This document shows, piece by piece, positions 39,601 through 49,341 of a stretch of DNA of 64,000 nucleotides; position 1 is the first letter of the stretch; each line of letters begins with the position of its first letter. The position numbers and the translations under genes are program-made. This DNA comes from Acidobacteriota bacterium. GTDB taxonomy: Bacteria; Acidobacteriota; UBA6911; RPQK01; JAJDTT01. The stretch is taken from the NCBI GenBank assembly GCA_965263035.1, contig OZ253580.1, positions 192,001-256,000 of the forward strand, in the 5' to 3' direction. Below the pieces are notes generated by a model, which ran no database searches, was not told where the DNA came from, and saw only the letters and a program-made list of their open reading frames with translations.

Positions 39601-40122
39601 CTCATCCCACTTCCAGCCGCCGCCCGGAGGGCTCGAAGCGCCGGGGGCCATGACCAGCAGATGGCTCGGATTGCCCTGGGCCATGGGCAGGGTCTCGATC
39701 TGCTCGGCCTCGATCAGGTTGCTGAGGGTGGCGTTCGTCGACTGCAGCAGAGGCGCCTGCGCCTGGACTGTGATCTGCTCGGTGACTTCTCCCACGACCA
39801 AGGTGAAATCCACGGTCGGGTCATCTCCAGTCCTCAGATCAATTGTCTGGGTCGTCGTCTTGAATCCCGGAAGAGAAGCCGTCACGTCGTACGGACCGGG
39901 GGTCAGAAAATCGATACGATACAAACCCGTATCATTGGTGACCGTCGGAAATTCGACACCGGTGGCGGTGTTCGCGGCGGTCACGTTCACGCCGGGAATC
40001 ACGCCTCCCGTGTTGTCCATCACTCGGCCATTGAGACTCGCGCGTGCGCCTTGGCCCCACAGCGGCGCTGCCGCCAGCGGGACTAGGAGCAAGCCCACGA
40101 AGAGGATTCTCCACTTCCGCAT
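36674..40122 (-). CDS. Oar-like TonB-dependent receptor with N-terminal carboxypeptidase-regulatory-like domain; 1-bp frameshift near the 3' end
   Basis: Signal peptide, G.V.D..G.VIPGV.V, KSGTN.WHG, QDNWK..P.LT.N.G.RW, FAPRFGFAY; the shifted frame ends PRRIMMSVKWMF* at 36674. Confidence 0.85.
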
Positions 40123-40335
40123 TACTTAAAACCTCCTAAAACTGAAATCAGAACTCCGAGCACTGGGGATGCAAGTCTGCCTATCAGCGCGGCATTCTAG
40201 GTCATTCCGACTTTGGATTCAAACCCTCCGCGAAAGAAAATTGCGCGACTCGCCGGAATCTTCTCCCGCACGAAGGGCCGGGGAGCCGGAAGTCTGGCCT
40301 CCGCAGAGCACGAAGTCTACAATGTCCCCCCGACA

Positions 40336-40358
40336 GGAGCGGCGACTTTCCAACCTCC
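40336..40358 (+). repeat. Degenerate GGAG-type REP
   Basis: GGAGCGGCGACTTTCCAACCTCC. Confidence 0.5.
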
Positions 40359-40406
40359 GAAATTCCTTATGTTCGAACCACTATTCGTTTCCGGTTATAC
40401 AGGATT

Positions 40407-41603
40407 ATGAATTTCGAATTGAAGACAGAAATGCTGCACGGACTTTGGCAAGTTCTCAGGACGACTGGAACCGGGTGGACCCTGATCGGCCTGCTCTGGG
40501 TGCTGTTTTCAGCACCGGTTTTGCGGGCTCAGGAAGCGTCACACCGGGTCCCCGACCTCGCCGGAAAGGTCCTGACGGTCAACGGCCCGGTAGACCCGGA
40601 ATCCCTGGGCGCCGCCATGGTGCACGAGCACATCTTCATCAACCGGAACCATCCCAACCGGCCGGCGCCGACGGAAGCCACCCGGGTCCGCTTTTATCTC
40701 AGTCCGTTGACCATGGACATGCTGGGTGCCGTGACCATGGGCTATCCCAATCGGGACAATCTGATCCTGGGAGATGAGCCGATGGCCGTCCAGGAGCTGA
40801 CCGACTTCCGGAAACGGGGCGGCGGGACGCTGGTGGACGTAACCAGCATCGGACTGGGCCGGGACCCGGCGGCGCTGCGGCGGGTCTCCAAGGCGACCGG
40901 AGTCCACGTGGTCATGGGCACCGGTTGGGATATCCGCGCCGTGGATTCCCGGGAACTGGAGAAGCGCTCGCTGGAGAACCTGACCTGGGAACTCGTCCGG
41001 GACGTGACCGCCGGTGTGGGAAAAAGCGGCATCCGATCCGGAATCATCGGCGAGGTGGCCACTGCCGGGGATCCCTTGACCGCCGTGGAGATCAAGGTGA
41101 TCCGGGCCGCTGGCCGGGCCAGCCGCATCACCGGCGCCGCCGTCTCCATGCATACCGGCGACAGCGGAACCCGGAGCACGCACGCGATTCTGGACCTGCT
41201 GGAAGCGGAAGGGACGGACCTGGGGCGGGTCATCCTGGGACATTGCGACAGCCTGGTCCGGGATCTGTCCTCCTTGACCAGCCTCCTGAAGCGAGGGGTC
41301 CATGTGGAGTTCGACGGCATGTCGGAGTTCCACATGCTCCGCCAACCGGCGACGGCGGCCCATGTCGGGGACGGCATCCTGGAGCTGATCCAGCGCGGAT
41401 TCCTGGAGCGGATCCTCCTTTCCCAGAACGTGGACCGGAAGATCGATCTCAAAGCCCTTGGCGGGATGGGCTACACTTTCGTCCTGGATCAGTTCGTTCC
41501 CCATCTCACGGGGAAAGGGGTCACGGAGGAGCAGGTCCGGACGCTGATCTACGAGAATCCTAAGCGGGTCCTGACCTTCGTTGCTCCCAGGCCGGCCCGG
41601 TGA
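40407..41603 (+). CDS. Phosphotriesterase-related amidohydrolase with signal-peptide-like N-terminus
   Basis: HEH, GG.TLVD.T..GLGRD, GIIGEV, HT, GH; NP at C-terminus. Confidence 0.85.
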   Translation: MNFELKTEMLHGLWQVLRTTGTGWTLIGLLWVLFSAPVLRAQEASHRVPDLAGKVLTVNGPVDPESLGAAMVHEHIFINRNHPNRPAPTEATRVRFYLSPLTMDMLGAVTMGYPNRDNLILGDEPMAVQELTDFRKRGGGTLVDVTSIGLGRDPAALRRVSKATGVHVVMGTGWDIRAVDSRELEKRSLENLTWELVRDVTAGVGKSGIRSGIIGEVATAGDPLTAVEIKVIRAAGRASRITGAAVSMHTGDSGTRSTHAILDLLEAEGTDLGRVILGHCDSLVRDLSSLTSLLKRGVHVEFDGMSEFHMLRQPATAAHVGDGILELIQRGFLERILLSQNVDRKIDLKALGGMGYTFVLDQFVPHLTGKGVTEEQVRTLIYENPKRVLTFVAPRPAR

Positions 41604-41629
41604 AGGGACCGGCCGGACGCGAGATACCG

Positions 41630-41766
41630 GGAGAGGCGGGTTTCTTGTCGCCTGCACCGGACTGAGGAAGAAGAAAGAGGAGGGGGACTAATCGTCCCCC
41701 CTCAACCCCCTAATCGGCGACTGGAAAGTCGCCGCTCCCACTCGGCGGCAAGAAAGCCGCCGCTCC
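41630..41766. repeat. Cluster of four GGAG-type REP elements between convergent genes
   Basis: GGAGAGGCGGGTTTCTTGTCGCC and GGAGGGGGACTAATCGTCCCCC (+); GGAGCGGCGACTTTCCAGTCGCC and GGAGCGGCGGCTTTCTTGCCGCC (-). Confidence 0.75.
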
Positions 41767-41776
41767 TGACGGCGAA

Positions 41777-43294
41777 CTACTCCACCTTGATGGAATAGAG
41801 CTTGGCGTTCCCCAGGAGGAACTTGAGGCGGACTGGCCCGTCTCCCACGCCCGACAGGTCGCGGCCCCCTTCCCAGGTGACCTCCTGGTAAAGGTTTCCA
41901 TGGTGCACGGGCGTGCAGTTGGAGGCCTCATAGCCAGCCAGTGCCACGCCGTCCGTGTCCTGGACCTCTACCCGCACGTACCCCTGAGCTGACGGATTCT
42001 TGCTGTAGAGCTTGCTGTAGAGCTCCTTGCCGCTGTCCCGCTGGAAGTTCAGCCGCTTCTCGGTCATGGAGGACATGTTCACCGACAAGGTTCTCCCCCC
42101 GAGATTCAGCGGCGGGGTCAGGACCCAACCTTCGCTGGTGGCGTCGAAGGAGACGAACCCGTCCTGGCGCAACGTGCCGAGCCCGATCCGGCCGTCGTGG
42201 TCCCGAGACGGTGCGTTGTGCAGATTGGTGAAGCCGGAGTAGTAGATCCAGACCTTGCCGTCCTTCACGAACGGACTGCTGGAGGGGTAGACCATGCCGC
42301 TGTCGAAGGTGTCGTTGCGGTAGTTCCCGTCCGGCGCCAGCTTCATGAAGCGCCGGCGGCCCACCGAGCGCTCCCACTCGAGCCCGTCCCGGCTGGAGAC
42401 CAGTTGGGAGTCCATGAACTGGGTGTAGGTGTGGTAGACCCAGAGCAAGCCCAGGTACTGGCCGGCGTAGGGAAAGGCCGAGAGACCGTAAAACTCGGTG
42501 TCGGGCGGATCATACGGATCCGGATCCAGGACCTGCTGGGAATCCCGCCATTGGATGAAATCGTCGCTCACCAGTCGGGAGACCTTCCGGATAGGTCTGC
42601 TGATGGTCTTGTGGTAGAGCAGGAACTGACCGCTGTCCGGGTCCTGGGTCACCGAAAACGTGTCGCCGGTCGCCCAACACGGCACCACCGGATTCTCCGG
42701 GTAGTCGGTCCACTCCTTCCCGTCGGGCGAGAAGGCCACCGAGATCCCGCAACGATCCATGTCATGGGTCTGCCAATAGGCCAGTTTGTAGCGCCGCTTC
42801 GGATCCGTGTCCGAAGGGTCTTTCAGGAGGGTGTGGGTCCAACCGGACCACTTGAGGAAGATGTTGTTTTTCTTGGATCCCCTGAACTCCACCAACCCCA
42901 GATCCGGTTTCTCCCAGGCGAGGCCGTCGCGGGAGGTAGCGTAGCAGAGGTAGTCTTCGACGTAGGGCCGTTTTTGGGTGCCGATGGTGTTGTACCACAT
43001 CTTGAAGAGCTGCTCTTCCTCATCCCAGATCACGGTCCCGGGTTGGAGCACCAGGTAGCCCTCCCAGGGCCGATCCGGCTTCACCACCGGGTTTTCCCGG
43101 TGCTTGGTCGGGCGATTCAGGGAGCGCCATACCCTGTCCGTCTGCGCCACCAGACGATCGTCCACGAAGAGGTGGGTTCCCGGTCCCACCTCGATGGGAG
43201 GCGGTCCCTCCTCAGCGGGTTCGGAAGTACAGGAAAGCGCGCCGAAAAGGCAGGCGAACAAAAGGACCGTTGCGAATCTCCCCAGATTTTTCAC
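41777..43294 (-). CDS. GH32/43-like beta-propeller lipoprotein of unknown specificity
   Basis: Lipobox-like ALSC; LFVDD, SRDGLAWEKP, SPDG..W, IGLGTLRQDGF. Confidence 0.75.
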   Translation of the reverse strand: MKNLGRFATVLLFACLFGALSCTSEPAEEGPPPIEVGPGTHLFVDDRLVAQTDRVWRSLNRPTKHRENPVVKPDRPWEGYLVLQPGTVIWDEEEQLFKMWYNTIGTQKRPYVEDYLCYATSRDGLAWEKPDLGLVEFRGSKKNNIFLKWSGWTHTLLKDPSDTDPKRRYKLAYWQTHDMDRCGISVAFSPDGKEWTDYPENPVVPCWATGDTFSVTQDPDSGQFLLYHKTISRPIRKVSRLVSDDFIQWRDSQQVLDPDPYDPPDTEFYGLSAFPYAGQYLGLLWVYHTYTQFMDSQLVSSRDGLEWERSVGRRRFMKLAPDGNYRNDTFDSGMVYPSSSPFVKDGKVWIYYSGFTNLHNAPSRDHDGRIGLGTLRQDGFVSFDATSEGWVLTPPLNLGGRTLSVNMSSMTEKRLNFQRDSGKELYSKLYSKNPSAQGYVRVEVQDTDGVALAGYEASNCTPVHHGNLYQEVTWEGGRDLSGVGDGPVRLKFLLGNAKLYSIKVE

Positions 43295-43339
43295 GATTCA
43301 TCACCTCTTGAGTTGATGGTCTTTGACACGGACGCAGGA

Positions 43340-44980
43340 TCAGACCGGTTCACGTGCGAATTGAAATGAAAAGAGTTTGGCCCTGCGGACCTGGAAACGG
43401 ACCTGCACCGGCTTCCCTTCCAGGGCGCCGACGTCCGCGCCACCCCGCCAGCTCACGGTGTGGCGGATGCTGTCGGAACCAAAGGCGCGGCAATCGTCCA
43501 GACCGTATCCGGGCAGAATCCGGCCGGTCTCCCCGTCCAGCAGGGCCACCTTGACCGTCCCGTAGCCGTCTCCAGCGTACCGGTCCCGGCCGGTGGCATT
43601 GAGGTTGAGGCGGTTGCCCTGGAAAACGAGAGGCCGGGTGGTCAACGACCCGGCGCCGGTGATGCTGACGAACCCGTCCAGACGAAGGATGGCCAAGCCG
43701 ACCTGGCCTCGTTGCTGCTCGCCCCGCTGGTTGAAGTGGTGCCGTCCGCCGAACCCTTCGTAGTAGATCCAGATCTCCCCCAGGTCCTCTCGAACGATGG
43801 GCGCCTGGACCGTGTAGCAGAGATGCTCATCCCAGCTGCCCTCGGGGCCGTTGGGCAGAAACACCCTGCGGTCCCCGACCCGCTCGAAGCGCCGGGCGTC
43901 CCGGCTCCAGAGCAGCTGGACGTCGATCCGGTCCACCCATGGGCTCCGGGCCTTGCCCAAATCGGTCCCGGCGGGAATCTGGCCCATCAGGTTGTGGTAA
44001 ACCGACGTGAAACCGACCAGCCCGCCACCATAAGGGAGCACCTCCAAGGTGTAGAAATCCCGGTCCCCGATGCGGTCGGCGGCGTCAGCATGAAAACAGA
44101 AGTACCGATCTTCCGGCTCCTGCTTGTCGCCGGGACCGTCCCAGTCCAGGAAGTCCCGGCTGGCCGCCCAGGCCGCCGTTCGCGCCCGCGCGCCCTCGGG
44201 ATAGACGGGCTCCGGCTGAAACCAAAGATCCAGTCTCGGGTAGGTCCTGTGGTAGACGAGGTATTCGTTGGTCCCCGGGTTCCAGATCGGGTTGTTGTTG
44301 GTATCGCTATGGAAGGGAATGATGGGCCGGGAGACGGGATAGGGCTGGAAGCGGATGCCATCGGCGGAATAGCCGGGATAGAGCCCCCCCGCCCCGTCCT
44401 GCTTGCGTTGGAACACGATCTTGTACCGTTCCTGGGGCCTTCGGGCCGCCGGATCCCGGAAAACGCCGATGTTGCCGGGACTCGCGTCTCCCAGGAAGGG
44501 TAGTTGGATGAAGTTAGTGTCGAACCCCAAGTAACGAACTTGGCCCAAGGGTGGCTTTCGCCAGTGGAGACCGTCCTCCGACTCGGCGTAGAAGATGAAC
44601 TTCCGAACCGAACTTCCCCGGGGAGGCCATGGGATCATCCAGCCATAGAACCGATAGAGCTTGAGTTCCGGGTCGTAGAGGACGGACCCGGCGTCGCCCC
44701 CGTGGGAGAGCCCTCCCTTCTGCTCCCAGTCGGTCCCCAGCGGAATCACCGGATTCTCCGGGTAACGGACGGGCTGGTTCAGGAGCTTGAAAACCCGGGG
44801 CTCCATGGTTTCGACGACATGGTCGTCCAGGAAGAGCTGCTTCTCCTGACCGATCTCCAGGGGCGTTCTCGACGGCCCGGCGTGGACGGCGCCTCGGACC
44901 GGCGTCGAGACCGCCGTCGGCAGCGCCGAGGCAGCCGCACCACCGGATCCCAACAGTCTCAAGAAACTCCTGCGCTTCAT
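43340..44980 (-). CDS. GH32/43-like beta-propeller protein, Tat signal
   Basis: MKRRSFL; LFLDD, SEDGLHWRKP, VGLAILRLDGF, KLFSFQF. Confidence 0.75.
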   Translation of the reverse strand: MKRRSFLRLLGSGGAAASALPTAVSTPVRGAVHAGPSRTPLEIGQEKQLFLDDHVVETMEPRVFKLLNQPVRYPENPVIPLGTDWEQKGGLSHGGDAGSVLYDPELKLYRFYGWMIPWPPRGSSVRKFIFYAESEDGLHWRKPPLGQVRYLGFDTNFIQLPFLGDASPGNIGVFRDPAARRPQERYKIVFQRKQDGAGGLYPGYSADGIRFQPYPVSRPIIPFHSDTNNNPIWNPGTNEYLVYHRTYPRLDLWFQPEPVYPEGARARTAAWAASRDFLDWDGPGDKQEPEDRYFCFHADAADRIGDRDFYTLEVLPYGGGLVGFTSVYHNLMGQIPAGTDLGKARSPWVDRIDVQLLWSRDARRFERVGDRRVFLPNGPEGSWDEHLCYTVQAPIVREDLGEIWIYYEGFGGRHHFNQRGEQQRGQVGLAILRLDGFVSITGAGSLTTRPLVFQGNRLNLNATGRDRYAGDGYGTVKVALLDGETGRILPGYGLDDCRAFGSDSIRHTVSWRGGADVGALEGKPVQVRFQVRRAKLFSFQFAREPV

Positions 44981-45039
44981 ATCGACTTCCCCTCGCGTTT
45001 GGGGCTCTTGCAACGGCGATAGGCAGAGATGAGGCCGGC

Positions 45040-47247
45040 TTACCTGGAAAAGTGCCCGAAACGCACTGGGACCGCCTCCGTCTCCTCCTCTTCCAGCATC
45101 GCTCGGTAGATGTCCTGCCCCTTCCGGAAGAGGTCCAGGGTCTTCTGCTTCTCCCTCTCGTGGCTGAACTGGCCCCTGTCATGAACTCGCTGGATCAGTT
45201 GATCGATCTGCTTCACGAAGAACTGGGCGGCGGCCCGGGAACGGACGGGACGATTCTTGAAGCTGAGGTAGACCGGACTGGTATGGGCATAGAGGGCAGA
45301 GTCGTTGGGAAGAAGCCGGTGCGCCTCGCCCCGGACCCGGACCGCCATCCAGCAGCTGTCCGTGACCTCCAGCCCCTTCTTCAAACGGACCCGCTTCCCA
45401 TCCTTGCGCGCCTTCTCGGTTGCCACCACCCGCCCGTTGACCACGAGCTCGATGCTGGACATGGGAATGTGGGACTCGGCTTCGGCCTCCACCTTCACCT
45501 GCAGCGTCCCCTTCTCCCACTTCAGCTCCGACCCAGGCTCCCGGCCGTTGACGGTGAAGGTGACCATGGGGGCGTTGGTCGCAAAGCTCTTACCCTCCAA
45601 GTAGGCGTCGATCCAATCGGAATAGTCGAGCCGGGGACCCGACTTCACGTAGACCCGACCGGCTCCCGGGATGAGATGGTAGGGCAGGTCAAAGTAGCTG
45701 TCGGTTCCAGCCGAAATGGGACAACGGAATCCGGCGTTCAGGAGCTGGTACCAGTGGGCCGTGTTCTTCTCTTCGTCGCCCTGGCACATGACGTCGATGG
45801 TGTCGACCACGCCCAGGGCGATGTCCACCGGGTACTCGCTGGGCAGGCTCGGGTGGACGTAGATGACGGCGGCATTCTGCGCCTTGGCCTTGACGGCCTG
45901 ATAGTAGTTGGCCGGGTCATCCTGGGGATGGGTGGTGCCGGGCCAGCCCACGAAGGCCGGCTCCACGAAGCTCTTGATTCTCAAGAATCCCATGTGCCCG
46001 TAGAGGCGCAGGTTGCGCATCTCCTCGTTCCAGTAGAGGACGTAGCGATCCTCCGAGAGGGCATTGGGCCGGCCTTCGACCCGCTTGCGCTCATAGACGT
46101 AACCGTCCTCGCTGTTGCAGGCCAACATGTGGGCCACGTTCAGGTCTTCGGCCTTCACCACGAAGAGCACGTCCTTCGGTTTGATCCGGTCGTCCGCCCC
46201 GGTGATGGGATCGTGGAAGAGATTGGCGTGCAAGTGAGTATCGCCGGACCACCAGCCCTTGGCGCCCATGTCCCACGTGCGCTCCAACCGAAAATCCAGT
46301 TCCTTCACCTGACCCTTGGCGACTTGGACCTTTCGCGCCACCGGTGCATATTCCAGGCCCTTGACCACCTCCAGCGAGACGGTCCCGGCCGGGACGCCCA
46401 GTTCGAAGCTGCCGTCGGCGTAGAAGTAGTACTCCCCGCCGTAGGGCTGGCGGTAGTCGCCGTTGGTGATGCGAGGTTGAGCCCCCGCCGGAGTGTAGGA
46501 CTTTCCATCGGGTCCGGAGAGATAGACCCGCGCCTGGGTCGGCCGGCCGTCTTCATCCACGACGCTGACCTTCAGGGTCCCCGAGTCCCAGGCCCGGGTG
46601 GGAAGCGAAATCTCCCGGGACAGCGTCCCGGCATCGAGCTTCAGGAGCACGGCGCCGCCCGCCCACCCCTTCAGGGAGACGGGGACGAACCAACCCAGGG
46701 TCTGTCCGGCTTGCAGAGTCCGAGTCTTCTCCTGGACGCTCACGCCCATGGTCCCGCTTCGGGCCGACACCTGGATTTCCCCGGTTCCCGAATTCCGGAC
46801 GATGAAGGGGACGGGAATCACCTGCGATTGCAGGAGGTCCAACCTTTCGGGCGCCTGCTTGACCTCGATCCGATCCGAAATCTCCAGCTTCACCAGGCGC
46901 GGACTCTCCAATTGCTGGTACGCATCGCTCATCAGATCGACCACTCCCTCCAGGGGCAGCGGGTTGTAGTTCAGATTGTCGCCCCACTCCTGGGCGTAAG
47001 TTTCGCCCTTGATGATGCGTTGAACCTTGAGGATGGAGGGCCGATTCGTGTCCGACCACTGGAGCAGCCGGATGGCGAACTCGGCGGCGTCCCCCAGGTG
47101 GGGCGCCACCGGCTTGTTCATGACGTAGTTGCCCAACAGGGGGATCTGGGTCAGAGGAACTTTTTTGGTCTCCGCCCGGAGCGAGCCGGAGCCGGCGGCA
47201 AGAACCAACAGAAACACGAGTAGCCATCGATGCATTGATTTTTCCAT
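45040..47247 (-). CDS. CehA/McbA-like PHP-fold metallohydrolase, secreted
   Basis: Signal peptide; WWSGDTHLH, EEMR...GH, YVHP, AGTDS, G.SFATNAP. Confidence 0.75.
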   Translation of the reverse strand: MEKSMHRWLLVFLLVLAAGSGSLRAETKKVPLTQIPLLGNYVMNKPVAPHLGDAAEFAIRLLQWSDTNRPSILKVQRIIKGETYAQEWGDNLNYNPLPLEGVVDLMSDAYQQLESPRLVKLEISDRIEVKQAPERLDLLQSQVIPVPFIVRNSGTGEIQVSARSGTMGVSVQEKTRTLQAGQTLGWFVPVSLKGWAGGAVLLKLDAGTLSREISLPTRAWDSGTLKVSVVDEDGRPTQARVYLSGPDGKSYTPAGAQPRITNGDYRQPYGGEYYFYADGSFELGVPAGTVSLEVVKGLEYAPVARKVQVAKGQVKELDFRLERTWDMGAKGWWSGDTHLHANLFHDPITGADDRIKPKDVLFVVKAEDLNVAHMLACNSEDGYVYERKRVEGRPNALSEDRYVLYWNEEMRNLRLYGHMGFLRIKSFVEPAFVGWPGTTHPQDDPANYYQAVKAKAQNAAVIYVHPSLPSEYPVDIALGVVDTIDVMCQGDEEKNTAHWYQLLNAGFRCPISAGTDSYFDLPYHLIPGAGRVYVKSGPRLDYSDWIDAYLEGKSFATNAPMVTFTVNGREPGSELKWEKGTLQVKVEAEAESHIPMSSIELVVNGRVVATEKARKDGKRVRLKKGLEVTDSCWMAVRVRGEAHRLLPNDSALYAHTSPVYLSFKNRPVRSRAAAQFFVKQIDQLIQRVHDRGQFSHEREKQKTLDLFRKGQDIYRAMLEEEETEAVPVRFGHFSR

Positions 47248-47637
47248 GAAAAGGTGACCTCTGGAGCCCGAAACTGGGCCGGATTCTAGCAGTCTGCGGC
47301 CAAAGTCGCCATGGCATTGACCGGCAACTGCGACCCCCAACTGTGCAAACCGTCAGCGGGTGGCGAAGGCAGACGCCACGACCTGCGTCGACAATCCCGG
47401 AGTCGCGAGGGCATCGTCACCGCCATTGAATTCCAACTTGACCAAGCCCTTGAACCGTTCAGCCAGAGGCGCATCGAATTCTCCACCGTCATGGACATCC
47501 GGCCGGCAAGTATTCCGAAGGTGGGACGGTATGAGGTATGGGAACCTATTCCAGATGTGCCGTAGGCAAAGGGACCATTGATGAGCGTTTCGTACCCGGG
47601 CTGAACCGTTCCGGAGTGTCCAGCCGGTAGGCCGCCC

Positions 47638-47949
47638 TCACTTCTGCTGGCCTTCTGGAAGTGCGAGCAGCCGCTCACTACGCCAGATACGCACGATCCT
47701 TATTCGGCGTGAGTCGCGTCGGTAGACGATACGAAACGGCGGATGGATCAGCTCCCTCAGATAGGGTTGAGTGAACTCCGGCACGATCCGCCCCAGCTCC
47801 GGATAATCACGCAGAGCTTGGATGCGCCTGAAGATTTCCTTGACGATCCGATTGCCGACCTCGGGCACACCCTGCTCCGAATACCAGGTCCTGAGCGCTT
47901 CCAGATCCGCGACCGCGGAATCGGCGAAACGAATGGAAACTTCAGGCAT
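47638..47949 (-). CDS. RelE/ParE-family toxin
   Basis: F..SA..DL..L..WY, L...P..GRIVPE, REL...PFRIVYR. Confidence 0.85.
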   Translation of the reverse strand: MPEVSIRFADSAVADLEALRTWYSEQGVPEVGNRIVKEIFRRIQALRDYPELGRIVPEFTQPYLRELIHPPFRIVYRRDSRRIRIVRIWRSERLLALPEGQQK

Positions 47950-47953
47950 TCGG

Positions 47954-48223
47954 CTAATTGAAACCGAGCCGCGCCTTTGCGTCCGCCAAGGAAACCTCCC
48001 GGCCGGCCTCAAGGTCTGCAAGCCCGGTGACGACGGCCCGCATGAAAACCCGTTCTTCTTCGGCCCTCTCGTAGTCTGTGACCGACTGAACCACGGCCAC
48101 GCTTCGACCGCGGCTGGTCAGGAGCACCGGTCGGTGTGCGTCCACCGCCTGCTTGACCACCCGACGTGGATCAACCTGCAGGTCGGTAAGAGAAACTGGC
48201 TCGTCGAAGAATTTTGTGTCCAT
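47954..48223 (-). CDS. Phd/YefM-family antitoxin
   Basis: SLTDL...P.RVV, PVLLT.RGR.VAVVQS..DY; directly upstream of the toxin. Confidence 0.85.
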   Translation of the reverse strand: MDTKFFDEPVSLTDLQVDPRRVVKQAVDAHRPVLLTSRGRSVAVVQSVTDYERAEEERVFMRAVVTGLADLEAGREVSLADAKARLGFN

Positions 48224-48406
48224 CCTCGGCGATTCCTAACTGGGAAGTGATCCTACAGTAGCATCCGGCAACAGAGTCTTGCTACCGATTCCATCCGGCT
48301 TTTGCCCCAGCATGTCTTGTAACTATCGTGCTTCGCAGACCCTGTCGAAGTATACTGAGTTGGAGAATCAGAAGGGTAAATCCTCCGCAAGAAAAGATCG
48401 AAGGCC

Positions 48407-49297
48407 ATGAGAAAAGCACGCATCGACGACCGCGACTGGAGCGCTCTGTCCCGGGGAGAACAGCTCTATCAGATCGAGGTGGAGGGCTATCTGCTCATGC
48501 CGAATATGCTTTCGCCCCAGGAGGTGCGGCAGCTCAAGTCGGAGACGGCGCAACTGAAGACCTTCCCCATGCCCTACAGCGAGCACCAGCGCGACCGGGT
48601 GCTCCAGCCGGGGCCCAACCCCTATCCCGGCTCCGACTGGGAACCCTACCGCTTCGGCCGGCAGGGGGGCGCCATCGCGAACCTCATCGGCCACCAGCCC
48701 ATGGTGGACTTTCTGGAAGGGCTCTTCGGTGACGAGATCGTCTTCATGACCTATCTGTACGCCCGGTCCGAGCCGGGACACCCGGGGATCAGCCTTCACA
48801 CCGACGGGCAGCCCTACGGATCGGAAATCTTCGGATACGAGTGCAGCTGCCCGGTCATGGTCAAGGTCCTCTACTACCTGGACGACCTGACTCCCGACGT
48901 CTCTCCCTTCAGCGTCCTTCCCCGGTCCCACCTGTCCCTGCACCGGCAGGCCAATCCCTACCAGCGCTACCGCGACCACCCGGATCTGGTGATGGTCACG
49001 GCAACGGCCGGATCGGCGCTGGTGCTCCATCACCGTGTCTTCCATGGCACCTACGCCAACGTGGGCCGCCGGTCTCGGGAGATGTTGCAGCTGGGATACC
49101 GCCCCGCCTGGTCCGGACCCATCCAGGAGAAGGTTCCGGCCTGGGACCCCGAGGAACTGGACCTGCTTCCGCCTCGGGTGCGGCGCCTGTTCACGGACCG
49201 GAACGCCTGCAAGTTCAGGGACGACGGCGATCACAAGCCGGCCGACATGGCCAGCTCCGCCGACTGGATCAGTCCCCAGCGCTGGGACTGGAGATAG
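48407..49297 (+). CDS. Phytanoyl-CoA dioxygenase (PhyH) family Fe(II)/2OG enzyme
   Basis: EGYL, LHTD, YYLDD, PRSH, AGS.......FHG...N. Confidence 0.85.
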   Translation: MRKARIDDRDWSALSRGEQLYQIEVEGYLLMPNMLSPQEVRQLKSETAQLKTFPMPYSEHQRDRVLQPGPNPYPGSDWEPYRFGRQGGAIANLIGHQPMVDFLEGLFGDEIVFMTYLYARSEPGHPGISLHTDGQPYGSEIFGYECSCPVMVKVLYYLDDLTPDVSPFSVLPRSHLSLHRQANPYQRYRDHPDLVMVTATAGSALVLHHRVFHGTYANVGRRSREMLQLGYRPAWSGPIQEKVPAWDPEELDLLPPRVRRLFTDRNACKFRDDGDHKPADMASSADWISPQRWDWR

Positions 49298-49341
49298 AAC
49301 CGCCTTTCGAGCGGGCGCCGGCGCCTGAGGTCGGGTGATGC

